Notes: generated by a model from the sequence alone, not told the origin. 64,000 nucleotides of DNA from an uncultured Candidatus Binatia bacterium (GCA_965200965.1 OZ241744.1:3136001-3200000), one strand, 5' to 3'; positions 1 through 10,778 are shown, numbered from the stretch's first letter. Made by a program: numbers and translations.

Positions 1-3000
1 GGCTCCAGGTCTATTCGTCATCTGGGCGCGCTTACCAACGCCGGCCACAGCTTTGAACACAAAGGCGGCGGAGAAAAAGAGGTCGTGGCCGCACTGCTGA
101 GGCTGGACTATGTGTGTCGCGCCTCCCGGTTCATCCTCGGTCATAACCTGCTCGGCCATGACTTTCCGGTTTTACGCAGCATCAGACCGGAGCTGGCGCT
201 GCTCAACAAACCCGTTATCGACACCCTGTTTCTCTCCCCGCTGGCCTTTCCCCGCAACCCCTATCACCGTCTGGTAAAAGACTACAAACTGGTCCGGGAT
301 TCGATCAACGACCCCGTCGCCGACGCCCGCCTCGCCCTGTCCGTCTTCACCGAACAATACCAGGCTTTCCTGGAGCAGCGGACACAGGAGCCGGGGCTCC
401 TCCGCTTCTACCACTACTGTTTTGCAACGGCTGCCGATGACAACGACTACCGGGGGCTGGCCGAGGTATTTCGGTCCCTGATTGAGGAGCCATTCGGCTC
501 CGATTGGCAGGCATTCCAGGCCCCGCTCGACATCTGTCAAGGGCTGGCGTGTCCACACCAGTTGAGAAAAGTCGTCCTCCACCATCCACCCGAACAGAGG
601 GTCAGCCTGCCCTACTGTCTCGCATACCTGACCGTCTCCGGCGGCAATTCTGTACTGCCCCCGTGGGTCCGCCGCCATTTTCCGGCCATACCCACGCTGC
701 TCAAACGGGTGCGCGAGGAGCACTGTGGCAACGATCGCTGTCCGTACTGCACCGACAATCACGATCCGGTCAAACACTTGCAGTGCTATTTCGGCTACCC
801 CGACTTCCGCACCACCAGCGACGGCCAGCCGCTGCAACAAGACCTTGTCAGGGCCGGCATGGATGGCCAATCGCTGCTGGGCATTTTGCCCACCGGCGGC
901 GGCAAGTCCCTCTGTTTTCAGATTCCGGCCCTGGTCCGCTACGAGCGGCGCGGGCTGCTGACCGTGATTATTTCGCCGCTGCAAGCCCTGATGAAAGATC
1001 AGGTGGGCAATCTCACAAAGAAAACCGGCTCCCCCGCGGTCGCCGCGCTCTCCGGGCTGCTGACCCCGCCAGAACGGGGGGCCGTACTTGAACGGGTCCG
1101 GCTGGGCGATACTGGTCTGCTGTATATTTCGCCGGAGCAGCTGCGGAACACATCGGTGACTCGCGTCCTTGCGCAGCGTGAAATTGGCTGCTGGGTTTTT
1201 GACGAAGCCCACTGCCTGTCAAAGTGGGGGCATGATTTCAGGCCCGATTACCTCTACTGCAGCCGCTTTATTCGTGAGCAGACCAGCAAAACCAACTCTC
1301 TCCCGCCGCCAATTGCCTGCTATACCGCTACCGCCAAAGCCGAGGTGATTGAGGATATCCGCGGTCACTTCCAGACCACACTCGGTCAGGAACTCATCCT
1401 CTTTCAGGCTGGCGTCGAGCGGTCCAACCTGTCCTACGAGGTCTATCCTGTCAGCCAAGTGGCCAAAGACATCAGGGTTGCAGAGCTGATTGAGGAGCGC
1501 CTTCCCGAAGAGGGAAGCTGCATCGTCTATTGCGCCACCCGAAGACACACAGAAGAACTGAGCGCCTTTCTGGGCCACAAGGGGCTAGCGACCGAGCATT
1601 TTCATGGCGGTCTGGAAGCTCCCACCAAAAAAGACATCCTGGAGCGGTTTGTTCAGGACAAGCTCCGTATCATCTGTGCCACCAACGCCTTTGGCATGGG
1701 CGTCGATAAAGAGAATGTCCGCCTGGTCGTTCACGCCGATGTGCCTGGCTCCCTGGAGAACTATCTCCAGGAGGCTGGCCGCGCCGGTCGGGATGAACAA
1801 CTGGCCGAATGCGTCTTGCTGTTCGACGAACAGGATATTGAAGCCCAGTTCAAACTTGGTGCCATATCAGAAGTCCGGCAACGGGACATCCAGCACCTCC
1901 TCCGGGGCATCCGTCGTCTGGAGAAGAAGAAACCCGGCCAGGCTGTCGTCCTCACCACCGGCGAACTGCTCCGTGCCGAGGCAGTCAACACCTCTTTTGA
2001 CCTTGACGATAGCTTCGCCGATACCAAAGTCAAAACCGCGGTTGCCTGGCTGGAACGGGGTGGTTTTCTGGAGCGCAACGAGAATGTCACCCAGGTCTTT
2101 CAGGGCAAGCCCCTGTTCAGCAACCTTGACGAAGCGACAAAAAAGCTGGACTGCCTGCACCTCTCTCCCCCTCAGCGTAAACGCTGGGATCTGATCCTGT
2201 CCGCCCTCATCAATGCCGACCCAGACGAAGACATCAGCGCTGATCGCCTGGCCGAGCAGATTGGCCCCCACCTCACAGACAAAGACCACTTGGCGACCAC
2301 CGACATTATGGCCATCCTCAACCAGATGGCGGATGTCGGACTTGTGTCCCACGGCTTGCTGATGACAGCCTTTCTGCGGCCCAAGGGGAGAAATAACGCC
2401 AGGGATGTCCATCAGAAATTGTGCCGTCTGGAACGCGCCATGCTGGCCGCGCTGCGGCAAGCCCACCCGGACGACCACGACCAGACCGCCTGCCCACTCG
2501 ATTTGCGGGCGCTGAACCAGAAGCTGTTGGATGACGGGCTGGAGTTCAGTACCCCCGCTCTGCTGCGCATCCTGCTGAGGAGTCTGTCCGAAGACGGTAG
2601 GGGGCTGGCCGGGGTACAGGGCAGCGTTGCAGTGCGCTACGCGTATCGAGATCACTACCGCCTGAGGCTGCATCGGACCTGGACCGCCATCGAAGCGATC
2701 ATGGAGAGACGCCAGGCACTTTCCCAACATATTCTGGACGCGCTCTATCACGAGATTCCTCCGTCCGAGCAGTCCTCCCAGGGAGAGGTGTTGGTGGAGT
2801 TCTCCCTGCAAGCCCTGCGCGAGGCCATCAAGCAGCACATGACCCTGGCCGTCCGTGCCGATAAGGAGCTGGCCGCCATTGAACGTGGCCTGCTGTTTCT
2901 ACACGAGCAGAGCGTCATTCTTCTCCAGCACGGCCTGGCAGTCTTCCGTCAGGCCATGACCCTCAAGGTGAATCCCGCGGCTCAGGGGCGGCGCTACAAC

Positions 3001-5085
3001 AGAGGAGACTACGACCCGCTCAGCCGCCACTACAAAGCCCGTGTCACCCAGGTGCATGTGATGAACGAATATGCCCATCTGGGGCTGGACAAGATGCGCT
3101 CCGCCCTGCGACTGGTGCGGGATTATTTTGAGCAGGACACCCCCAGCTTTCTCAACCGCTATTTCAGAGGCCGGCGGAAGCTGCTGGAACTGGCCACCAG
3201 TCAGCAGTCGCTCAGGGATATTGTTGAATCGCTCGGCAACCCCCACCAGCAGGCAATTGTGCAAGCCCCGGCAGATACCAACATGCTGGTGCTGGCCGGC
3301 CCGGGCTCGGGCAAAACCCGCGTGGTGGTGCATCGCTGCGCCTACCTGACCCGGGTCCAGCGCGTTCAGCCCTTCAGTATCCTGGTGCTGTGCTATAACC
3401 ACAGCGCTGCCGTTACCCTGCGGAAGCGACTCAAGCACCTGCTGGGCCGTGAAGCCCGAGAAATTATTGTGCAGACCTTCCACGGCCTGGCCCTGCGTCT
3501 GACCGGGGCCAGCCTGCACCCCAGCGTCCGAGAGAAGGGGTTTGACGACCTCATTCCCAAAGCCACGGCCCTGCTCCGGGGCGATATCCTGCCACCGGGC
3601 ATTGCCGCGGACCAGATACGCGAAAAGCTGCTGGCCGGCTTCCAATACATCCTGGTTGATGAATATCAGGACATTGACCAACACCAGTATGATATGATCT
3701 CCGCCATTGCCGGGCGGACCCTGAGTGAGGGCGAAGAAAAACTCAGTATTCTGGCGGTGGGCGATGATGACCAGAGCATCTATGGTTTTCGCCGGGCCAA
3801 CATTACCTACATTCGGCAGTTTGAGCGGGATTATCAGGCAGAGCGCCGCTATCTGGTGCAAAACTACCGCTCAAGCGGGCATATCATCAACGCGGCCAAC
3901 AGCCTGATCGCCCACAATCGGGACCGGATGAAGACCAAGCAGGAAATCGCTATCAATGACGCCCGCAAAGGGCAGTCGGCCGGAGGAGTGCTGGCGAGGC
4001 GTGATCCGGTCGGCAGGGGCAAGGTCCAGCTTCTTGTCTGCCGCACCATCATCGCCCAAACCCTGGCTGTGGTGCAGGAGCTCAAGCGACTGAGACGGCT
4101 GTGGCCTGAACTGCGGTGGACAGACTGCGCCATTCTTGCCCGCCACGGTATCGGCAAACCGGAGCTGGCCCATATGCGGTCGGCTCTGGAAAACGCGCAT
4201 ATCCCCATCAGCCTTCCTCTGGAAACCGGGCACTCCCTCCCCCTGCCCCGTATCAGAGAGTTTGACGCCCTGCTGTGTCATCTGGCCCGGCATCGAGAAG
4301 CCTTGATGAACGCCGAACGGCTGAGTGGCTGGATCGCCCAGTTGAACCTTGCTCCCGGCCCTTGGAGCGGCAAGTTGCGTGCCCTGGTGGAGAGTTGGGA
4401 AGCAGAAACCGACGGTGCTGAGCTGCCTGTCGGCGCTTTTTCTGCGTACCTGGTGGACGCTTTACGCGAGGCTGGCCGCGACCAGCGTCTCGGAGAAGGG
4501 GTTCACCTGGGCACGGTTCATAGCGCGAAGGGCATGGAGTTTCCGGTTGTGATTCTGCTTGACGGCGGCTGGCAGACGCACTACCAGAATGACCGGGAAG
4601 AAGAGCGTCGACTGTTTTATGTCGGCATGACCCGAGCCAGGGACTCCCTGGTCGTCTGTCAGCGGCAGGATGCCCAGAACCCGCACCTCGAGCTGCTGGC
4701 TGAAGAAGCCTGCTTGGAGCGGTCGGTCTCACCTCCGGGTCAGTATCCGCTCAAACACTATCAAGTGCTGGGCATGAGAGATCTCTACCTCAGTTATGCC
4801 GGACGGTTTGTGCCAGAGCACACAATTCATACCGTCCTGAGCCGGCTGAATGCGGGTGACCCGGTTGTGCTGCAATCTGACCGGCATGGCACAAAAATCT
4901 TCAGTCACGATCTCGCCATTGCCGCCCTGAGTAAAGAAGCGCATGGCCGGCATGGGCACAGGCACGGCGGCCGGGTGGTAGCGATGGTACGGCGTCGGCG
5001 TGACGATGGGGACGAAGCCTATCGAGACAGATATCGGTGTGAAGCCTGGGAAGTCCCCCTGGTGGAACTGGTCTGGAACGGGTGA
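1..5085 (+). CDS. Large helicase fusion: N-terminal DEDD-like exonuclease region + RecQ-family (SF2) helicase + UvrD/Rep-family (SF1) helicase; 5' end lies outside the window
   Basis: Frame is open from base 1 (ORF track starts at 85). RecQ motifs LPTGGGKS, SPLQALM, FDEAHC, ATNAFGMG, QEAGRAGRD. UvrD motifs AGPGSGKT, VDEYQD, VGDDDQSIY, NYRS, TVHSAKGMEF, EERRLFYVGMTRA. GHNLLGHD...IDTL near the N-terminus. Confidence 0.9.
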   Translation, partial: GSRSIRHLGALTNAGHSFEHKGGGEKEVVAALLRLDYVCRASRFILGHNLLGHDFPVLRSIRPELALLNKPVIDTLFLSPLAFPRNPYHRLVKDYKLVRDSINDPVADARLALSVFTEQYQAFLEQRTQEPGLLRFYHYCFATAADDNDYRGLAEVFRSLIEEPFGSDWQAFQAPLDICQGLACPHQLRKVVLHHPPEQRVSLPYCLAYLTVSGGNSVLPPWVRRHFPAIPTLLKRVREEHCGNDRCPYCTDNHDPVKHLQCYFGYPDFRTTSDGQPLQQDLVRAGMDGQSLLGILPTGGGKSLCFQIPALVRYERRGLLTVIISPLQALMKDQVGNLTKKTGSPAVAALSGLLTPPERGAVLERVRLGDTGLLYISPEQLRNTSVTRVLAQREIGCWVFDEAHCLSKWGHDFRPDYLYCSRFIREQTSKTNSLPPPIACYTATAKAEVIEDIRGHFQTTLGQELILFQAGVERSNLSYEVYPVSQVAKDIRVAELIEERLPEEGSCIVYCATRRHTEELSAFLGHKGLATEHFHGGLEAPTKKDILERFVQDKLRIICATNAFGMGVDKENVRLVVHADVPGSLENYLQEAGRAGRDEQLAECVLLFDEQDIEAQFKLGAISEVRQRDIQHLLRGIRRLEKKKPGQAVVLTTGELLRAEAVNTSFDLDDSFADTKVKTAVAWLERGGFLERNENVTQVFQGKPLFSNLDEATKKLDCLHLSPPQRKRWDLILSALINADPDEDISADRLAEQIGPHLTDKDHLATTDIMAILNQMADVGLVSHGLLMTAFLRPKGRNNARDVHQKLCRLERAMLAALRQAHPDDHDQTACPLDLRALNQKLLDDGLEFSTPALLRILLRSLSEDGRGLAGVQGSVAVRYAYRDHYRLRLHRTWTAIEAIMERRQALSQHILDALYHEIPPSEQSSQGEVLVEFSLQALREAIKQHMTLAVRADKELAAIERGLLFLHEQSVILLQHGLAVFRQAMTLKVNPAAQGRRYNRGDYDPLSRHYKARVTQVHVMNEYAHLGLDKMRSALRLVRDYFEQDTPSFLNRYFRGRRKLLELATSQQSLRDIVESLGNPHQQAIVQAPADTNMLVLAGPGSGKTRVVVHRCAYLTRVQRVQPFSILVLCYNHSAAVTLRKRLKHLLGREAREIIVQTFHGLALRLTGASLHPSVREKGFDDLIPKATALLRGDILPPGIAADQIREKLLAGFQYILVDEYQDIDQHQYDMISAIAGRTLSEGEEKLSILAVGDDDQSIYGFRRANITYIRQFERDYQAERRYLVQNYRSSGHIINAANSLIAHNRDRMKTKQEIAINDARKGQSAGGVLARRDPVGRGKVQLLVCRTIIAQTLAVVQELKRLRRLWPELRWTDCAILARHGIGKPELAHMRSALENAHIPISLPLETGHSLPLPRIREFDALLCHLARHREALMNAERLSGWIAQLNLAPGPWSGKLRALVESWEAETDGAELPVGAFSAYLVDALREAGRDQRLGEGVHLGTVHSAKGMEFPVVILLDGGWQTHYQNDREEERRLFYVGMTRARDSLVVCQRQDAQNPHLELLAEEACLERSVSPPGQYPLKHYQVLGMRDLYLSYAGRFVPEHTIHTVLSRLNAGDPVVLQSDRHGTKIFSHDLAIAALSKEAHGRHGHRHGGRVVAMVRRRRDDGDEAYRDRYRCEAWEVPLVELVWNG

Positions 5086-5127
5086 GTCGGCGATGGGCCG
5101 GCTGAGCCGTCGGGCGTAAGCTGACCT

Positions 5128-5157
5128 GTCGGATTACGCTTCGCTAATCCGACCTAC
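5128..5157 (-). repeat. GTAG-type REP-like palindrome (with a degenerate facing partner at ~5095-5126)
   Basis: Minus strand reads GTAGGTCGGATTAGCGAAGCGTAATCCGAC (GTAG + GTCGGATTA/TAATCCGAC stem), between convergent genes. Confidence 0.7.
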
Positions 5158-5185
5158 CAGGAGAGAGGCCGGCCATGTGGGCGGG

Positions 5186-7504
5186 TCAGTTCGCCTCTTC
5201 CCGTTCTTCCTCCAGGGCTGCTTCTGCTGCTTCGGGAGGCGGCTCAAGAGGCAGGGTAATTCGCAGCTCGGTGAAGGTGCCCTCTTCGGTGTCGAGATGG
5301 ATGGAGCCGCCGTGGCGGGTGAGAATGTCGGCGGTCAGGGACAGGCCAAGCCCGGTGCCCTCGCCCGGCTTTTTGGTGGTGACAAAAGGCTCAAAGATCT
5401 GCTCACGCATCGCCTCTGGGATACCGATGCCGTTATCACGGATGCAGAACTCGGCCTGCTCTTTGAGGCGACGGCTGGAGATGCGTAACTCCGGCTCATA
5501 GCCGCCATTCGCCTGGTGGCGTTTTTCTTCAATCGCCTGGTAGGCGTTGGTGGCCAAGTTGAGGAACACCCGGCCGAGGTCCTGGGGAATGACCGAGAAT
5601 TTGCCCATGTCGGGGTCGAGGTCATCGGTCAGGGTCACATTGAAGTTGGTGTTGTGGGCCCGCATGGCGTGATAGGCGAGCTCGACATACTGCTTGAGCA
5701 GGGCGTTCACGTCAATCTCGCGCCACTGGCCCGGGGTAGCCCGGGAATGGTCAAGCATGCTGCGCACAATGCCGTCGGCGCGCTGGCCGTGCTCTTTGAC
5801 CTTCTGGAGGTTGAGCCGCAGGTCTGAGAGGATGGGGCTGATCTCTTCGGACAACTCAAGCGGCTCTTCTTTGGCTTCCTCCATCACTTCTTCAATCTCG
5901 TCAACGAGTTCAACCGAGACATCCGAGAAGTTGTTGACAAAGTTGAGCGGGTTCTTGAGTTCGTGGGCCACGCCGGCGGTGAGCTGGCCGAGTGAGGAGA
6001 GCTTTTTCTCGGCAACAATCTGTTCCTGGGCGCTCTTGAGGTTGTCCAGGGTTTGCTCCAGGGTCTGGTTTTTGGCGTTCAACTCTTCGGCCAGCTTCTC
6101 AACCAGGTTCAGCCGCTGGACCTCGAGGGCATGGCGGCGGAAGACTTCCAGGGCCTTGGCCATATCGGTCACTTCGTCACTGCCCTTGACCTCGACCGGC
6201 ACTTCGAGGTTGCCGCCGGCCATAGAGCGCATGGCCGTGGCCAGCCCGACGAGGCGGCGGACGAGGTGGCGGCCCACAAACAGCCAGCCGATGAGGAAGG
6301 CACCGGTGACGCTCGTGATGTTGAGCATGACCAGGAGTAGCAGCCCGGTCTGGGCCGCGGACCGTGAGGCGTTACTGACGTTGACGGCCTCGTCGCTGAT
6401 CCCTGTCACCAGCTTATTCACTTCGGCCAGGAGCAGGCTGGAAGCGGTGCGAGCTTTGGCCAGCGCTTCCTGCTCTCGTTCCAGCCGCAGCAGGCCTTCC
6501 TGGCGGAGGGGAATGATCCCGCCGCCGCCGGATTCTCCTGTTTGCGCGAGGCGTTCCAGGTCTCCGCCCAGCAGGCTGGCTGGCATTGAGATACGGGACG
6601 ACAGCCCAACATAGGCGCGCTGGAAGTTCTGGACGGCGCTGCGGAAACGTTCCCGCAAGGGCAGCAGAAGCCCCCGGTCGGACAGGACAAAGGCTTCGTC
6701 AAGCAGCAGCACGGCCAAGTTGGCCTGGTGGTTCACCTCGGTCAGGTCCCGATAGTAGGCCAGTTCGGTCCCGGAGGCCCGCTCGGCCACCGGGTCGGGC
6801 TGGTCGTCGTTCAGGCTGCGCAGACCCTCCACCAGGTAAAAGCCCTGGTCGTCAATAGCGTTTACGATATGGCGTTCAATGCGCCGGCTGGTCTCGGCCA
6901 GCTCTCCCCTGAGACGCTCCAGGATATCGGCGATGACGAGCCGGCGGGCCGACGATTCCCGGATCTCTTCCATGTAGCCGCCGAGTTCGTTGAGATGCGC
7001 TTTGATCAACTGGGTCCGCTCGCCAAAGGCGGAGCGGGATTCAAGCTCGTTGATGAGCGTGCTGAGGGCGCTCCGCTCGTCCGCAACCGTTTTGGCCACG
7101 GCCTCATGCTGCTCGGGTGAAGAGGCGGAGATGAGACGCAGTGCGCCATTGACCACCGCGGCGCTCTGGCGGGCCGTATCTATCGCACTGCTCAGGTTGG
7201 GGATGCTGTACTCGGCAAGTCGGGCTTCGTAGTAGAGGATCTGGCGAAAGGAAAAATAGGCCACCAGGCTGGCGAGCAGGGTGAGGGCGACACCGCCGGC
7301 CAGGCCGAGGTAGAGTTGCTGACCGATCCCGAGCCAGCGCTTCTTGTCTGGCGCTGAGCTCCCCGCCGGCATGACCGGTGGTACCGCCAGGGCGTCGCCG
7401 GCACTGGCGGTGGGGGGGTCGCTCTTGCTCGTTGCGGCACCGTTCTGCACACCGGCTGGAAGCGGGCCGTTGGGATTGGCGGTAGGGCGGTCGGTAGTAC
7501 TCAT
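5186..7504 (-). CDS. Membrane sensor histidine kinase (TorS-like periplasmic domain, HAMP, HisKA, HATPase)
   Basis: Two TM segments, HAMP (GNLEVPVEVKGSDEVTDMA), H-box GVAHELKNPL, DNGIG and GTGLGL boxes. Confidence 0.92.
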   Translation of the reverse strand: MSTTDRPTANPNGPLPAGVQNGAATSKSDPPTASAGDALAVPPVMPAGSSAPDKKRWLGIGQQLYLGLAGGVALTLLASLVAYFSFRQILYYEARLAEYSIPNLSSAIDTARQSAAVVNGALRLISASSPEQHEAVAKTVADERSALSTLINELESRSAFGERTQLIKAHLNELGGYMEEIRESSARRLVIADILERLRGELAETSRRIERHIVNAIDDQGFYLVEGLRSLNDDQPDPVAERASGTELAYYRDLTEVNHQANLAVLLLDEAFVLSDRGLLLPLRERFRSAVQNFQRAYVGLSSRISMPASLLGGDLERLAQTGESGGGGIIPLRQEGLLRLEREQEALAKARTASSLLLAEVNKLVTGISDEAVNVSNASRSAAQTGLLLLVMLNITSVTGAFLIGWLFVGRHLVRRLVGLATAMRSMAGGNLEVPVEVKGSDEVTDMAKALEVFRRHALEVQRLNLVEKLAEELNAKNQTLEQTLDNLKSAQEQIVAEKKLSSLGQLTAGVAHELKNPLNFVNNFSDVSVELVDEIEEVMEEAKEEPLELSEEISPILSDLRLNLQKVKEHGQRADGIVRSMLDHSRATPGQWREIDVNALLKQYVELAYHAMRAHNTNFNVTLTDDLDPDMGKFSVIPQDLGRVFLNLATNAYQAIEEKRHQANGGYEPELRISSRRLKEQAEFCIRDNGIGIPEAMREQIFEPFVTTKKPGEGTGLGLSLTADILTRHGGSIHLDTEEGTFTELRITLPLEPPPEAAEAALEEEREEAN

Positions 7505-8652
7505 TGCGGCACCATTCTGCGCATCGGCTGAAATGCTCCCTGCTCGTCAATCCTCGTCAGATACACCCGGTCGGACCCCTGGTTGTCCTGTGGGCCGTAG
7601 TGCAGGGGGAAGCCACCCAGGTCAATCGTCTCAGCCTCTTGCAGCGCTTTCAGAAATCCTTCCCGGGTCGGCTTCAGCCCGGCCAGCCGCAGCCCTTCTA
7701 TCACCAGGCGGCCGGCCAGATAGCCTTCCAGCGACACAAAGCCCGACACGCTCTCAGGGTCTAGGGCGGTCAGGGCCTGCCGATATTCCGCTACCACAGG
7801 CGGGCTGTCCCCTCTGGGAAAAGGGACGACCTGCGTGACGTACACCCCGGCTCCATCAGGGCCGAGTTCCGCGGCCAGGGCCGAACTGCCGACAAAGGAG
7901 ATGTTGAGAAAATAGGGGTTGAAGTTGATCCGTCTCGCCCAGCGGATCATGGCTGCCGCCGGCTTGTAGGCCCCGATGATGACGATGGCCTCGGGACGGA
8001 AGCGACGCAGGTCAAGCAGGGCGATCTTCACCGCCTCGGTGTTGCGCAGATAGTCTGCCTCGGCGATGATGTCCATGCCGCGACGGGTGACAGCCCGGCG
8101 CAACCCCGACAGCCCGGCCCGTCCGTAGGAATCGTTCTGGTACAGGATACCGATACGTTGGACTTTCAGATCCTCGGTGAGGCGGGTCACCATCTCCTCG
8201 GTTTCCTGGTAGTACGAGGCGCGCACATTGAGCACATTGGGCCGCGGCCCGGCGTCGCGTAGAAACTCGGCCCCGGTAAAAGGGGCGAGGTAGGGCACGC
8301 CGGCCTCGGTGGCGATGGGCTGGGCCGCGGTGGAGGTGGGAGTGCCGACCGCGCCGACGAGAGCAAAGACACCGCGCCTGATGAGTACGCGGGTGTTGGC
8401 GATGGCCGCCTCGGGCTCATAGGCGTCGTCCAGAGACTCAAGGACGAGACGCTGACCGTGGACCCCACCCTGATCATTGATCCACTTGAAGGCCGCCAGG
8501 AGACCGAGGCGCATCCCCTGGCCGAGTTCGCTGGCCGGCCCGCTCAGGGCCGCGGACTGGCCAAAGACAATCCGGTTGTCTGCCCGCGTCTCCGCTGGCG
8601 TCAGCCCGAGCAGGACCACGGGGAACAGCGCTGTGCGAAAACAGCGAAGCAT
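7501..8652 (-). CDS. Periplasmic binding protein, branched-chain amino acid (LivJ-like) type, paired with the kinase
   Basis: Signal peptide, GQSAALSGPA, DDAYEP, GAVGTPT; 4-bp overlap with the kinase. Confidence 0.88.
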   Translation of the reverse strand: MLRCFRTALFPVVLLGLTPAETRADNRIVFGQSAALSGPASELGQGMRLGLLAAFKWINDQGGVHGQRLVLESLDDAYEPEAAIANTRVLIRRGVFALVGAVGTPTSTAAQPIATEAGVPYLAPFTGAEFLRDAGPRPNVLNVRASYYQETEEMVTRLTEDLKVQRIGILYQNDSYGRAGLSGLRRAVTRRGMDIIAEADYLRNTEAVKIALLDLRRFRPEAIVIIGAYKPAAAMIRWARRINFNPYFLNISFVGSSALAAELGPDGAGVYVTQVVPFPRGDSPPVVAEYRQALTALDPESVSGFVSLEGYLAGRLVIEGLRLAGLKPTREGFLKALQEAETIDLGGFPLHYGPQDNQGSDRVYLTRIDEQGAFQPMRRMVPQ

Positions 8653-8724
8653 GGTGCCACCTCTCTCGATTATGCCATTTTACTTGTCAGGGCCGTAAGC
8701 GTGAACGATGCTCTCGTCCGGCTC

Positions 8725-9960
8725 TCACGAAAGCGTAGCGTTGAAGCGCATCGCCACGCAGGTGATGTCGTCCGATTGCGGGGCATCAACAGCAAACGCC
8801 TGCACGGCCTCAACCACCCCGGTCACGACTTCGTTCACGCTCGCCTTGCCCAGGCTGGCGAGTTTCTGGTCAAGCCGATCTTCTCCAAACTCCTCCTGGC
8901 CGGGGCTCTCGGCCTCGGTGACTCCGTCAGTGTACAGGAAGAGTGTGTCACCGGGTGCGAGTTGGACCTCGGCGTTACTATAGTCATGCCCGGCGGCTAC
9001 CCCTAGGACAAGGTTGCCGGTGGGCTGTAACTCTTCAACCCGGGAGCCGTAGCGCACCAGACGGGGAGGATTGTGGCCGCCGTTACAGTACTGGAGGCTT
9101 CCGCTGCGCAGGTCAAGCACTGCGTAAAACAAGGTGATAAAAATCAGCGCCTCGTTGTCTTCAGCCAGCAGATTGTTCACCCTGGTCAGGCAGTCAGCCG
9201 GCGACGGGGAGCTTTTGGCCACACTCTTGAGCAGGGTCCGGGTCACCATTGTGAACAGCGCCGCCGGAACCCCCTTGCCCGAAACATCGGCGATGACTAC
9301 CCCGACGAGATGCTCATCAAGGCTGAAAAAATCGTAGAAGTCCCCGCCGATCTCGCGGGCCGGGATCATCCGTGCCTGGATGGTGTGGGTCTCGTTGCTC
9401 GGCGGGGACTTGGGCAGGACAGACATCTGGACTTCCTTGGCCACTTCGAGTTCCCGCGTGATGGCAACCAGACGGTCGCGCGACTGCAGCGCGCTCTGTA
9501 AGGCCTGGATATGTTTGAGGGTCTTCTCGATGGTGATTTCGAGATCATTGAAATCAATCGGCTTGGTGACAAAATCAAACGCGCCCCGGTTCATGGCGGT
9601 ACGGATATTTTTCATGTCGCCATAGGCGGAGATGATGATCGCCCGCACATCGGGTTTGACATCCTCAAGTTGGCTCAACAGCGTCAGCCCGTCCATCACC
9701 GGCATGTTGATGTCCGAGAGCACAAGGTGGATGTCAGGGTTCTCTTTGAGCCTTTCGAGCGCCTCCTTGCCGTTATGGGCAAAGATAAAATCGAGTTCGC
9801 CACGCCGGATACGCCGGCGAAATTTCTGACGCACCAGCAGTTCAACGTCCTCTTCATCATCTACCACAAGAAGCCGGATGGGTGAGTTCTCCAAGATAGA
9901 CTCCTTCTTTTTGGACACAGCGAAAGATGATGACAACTTTTCCTCTGGAATGCGTTTCAC
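8725..9960 (-). CDS. Receiver domain + SpoIIE/PP2C phosphatase (RsbU-like)
   Basis: VVDDEE, SDINMP receiver motifs; GGDFYD, ADVSGKG, YTDGVTE, DDIT phosphatase motifs. Confidence 0.93.
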   Translation of the reverse strand: MKRIPEEKLSSSFAVSKKKESILENSPIRLLVVDDEEDVELLVRQKFRRRIRRGELDFIFAHNGKEALERLKENPDIHLVLSDINMPVMDGLTLLSQLEDVKPDVRAIIISAYGDMKNIRTAMNRGAFDFVTKPIDFNDLEITIEKTLKHIQALQSALQSRDRLVAITRELEVAKEVQMSVLPKSPPSNETHTIQARMIPAREIGGDFYDFFSLDEHLVGVVIADVSGKGVPAALFTMVTRTLLKSVAKSSPSPADCLTRVNNLLAEDNEALIFITLFYAVLDLRSGSLQYCNGGHNPPRLVRYGSRVEELQPTGNLVLGVAAGHDYSNAEVQLAPGDTLFLYTDGVTEAESPGQEEFGEDRLDQKLASLGKASVNEVVTGVVEAVQAFAVDAPQSDDITCVAMRFNATLS

Positions 9961-10322
9961 AGACTGCTCAGGGCCTCGCCGCGGCTGTCGTACATCGCCA
10001 GGATGTCGGTGAAACCGCTGATTTCAAAGACATGGGCGATGGGCTCGGTCAGCCCGCAGAAGCGAGTTGCACCCCCTTCCGCCTGCAAGCGACGGGCCGT
10101 TCCCAGAAGCACCCACAGACCCGCACTGCTGATGTAGTTCAGGTCGGTCAGATCGAACACGAGGTTCTGTTCGCCGGCTTCCGTCTGTTCCCGGATGGCG
10201 TTTTCCAGGATTTTGACATTGTTCCCGTCAACCCGCCCCACGGGACAAACGATTATGGCTTTGTCACTGCGCTCGGTTTGCACCAACAGCGTATGCTCAC
10301 TTGTCACTGTGCTGTCCCCCAA
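9957..10322 (-). CDS. STAS domain anti-sigma factor antagonist (RsbV-like); true start may be slightly downstream
   Basis: GRVD, LNYISSAGL phospho-acceptor motif, VFEISGF. Confidence 0.9.
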   Translation of the reverse strand: MGDSTVTSEHTLLVQTERSDKAIIVCPVGRVDGNNVKILENAIREQTEAGEQNLVFDLTDLNYISSAGLWVLLGTARRLQAEGGATRFCGLTEPIAHVFEISGFTDILAMYDSRGEALSSL

Positions 10323-10758
10323 TCACGATTTGCAAGGTAATACGATTCCGGTCGCCGACACGCTCATAGGTGCTGCTGTCGGTGAGTTGCTTAGCCAGAA
10401 AGACCCCTAGCCCTCCGATCTGTCGCTCCGTCAACCCCAGGCTGGTATCCGGCTCCGGGGCCTCTTCAAAAGGGTCAAATTCCGCGCCGTTATCCTCGAT
10501 CTGCGCCACCACCTGACCGTGGGCAAGCGCGAGACGCAGGCACATCTCGGGCTCGGCAACCTCCGGCAAGGCGTAGCTGACGCTGTTGGTAATAAGTTCG
10601 TCCAGCGCCAAGTTCAGGCGTCCCTGGAGGTCTTCGCCCAAGGCGTGCGCGGCTCCGAAGTCCTGTATGGTCTGGGCGAGCATGGCAAGGGCCGACAGGT
10701 CGGTAGGCAGAGAGACCTCGACGCTGTTGCCGCTCGGTGCAGATTCATCAGGCTTCAT
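10297..10758 (-). CDS. Anti-sigma factor / Ser kinase (RsbW-like HATPase)
   Basis: LALDELITNSVSY, EDNGAEFDP, GGLGVFL. Confidence 0.9.
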   Translation of the reverse strand: MKPDESAPSGNSVEVSLPTDLSALAMLAQTIQDFGAAHALGEDLQGRLNLALDELITNSVSYALPEVAEPEMCLRLALAHGQVVAQIEDNGAEFDPFEEAPEPDTSLGLTERQIGGLGVFLAKQLTDSSTYERVGDRNRITLQIVIGGQHSDK

Positions 10759-10778
10759 TGGGTGTCCCTGTCAGACGC

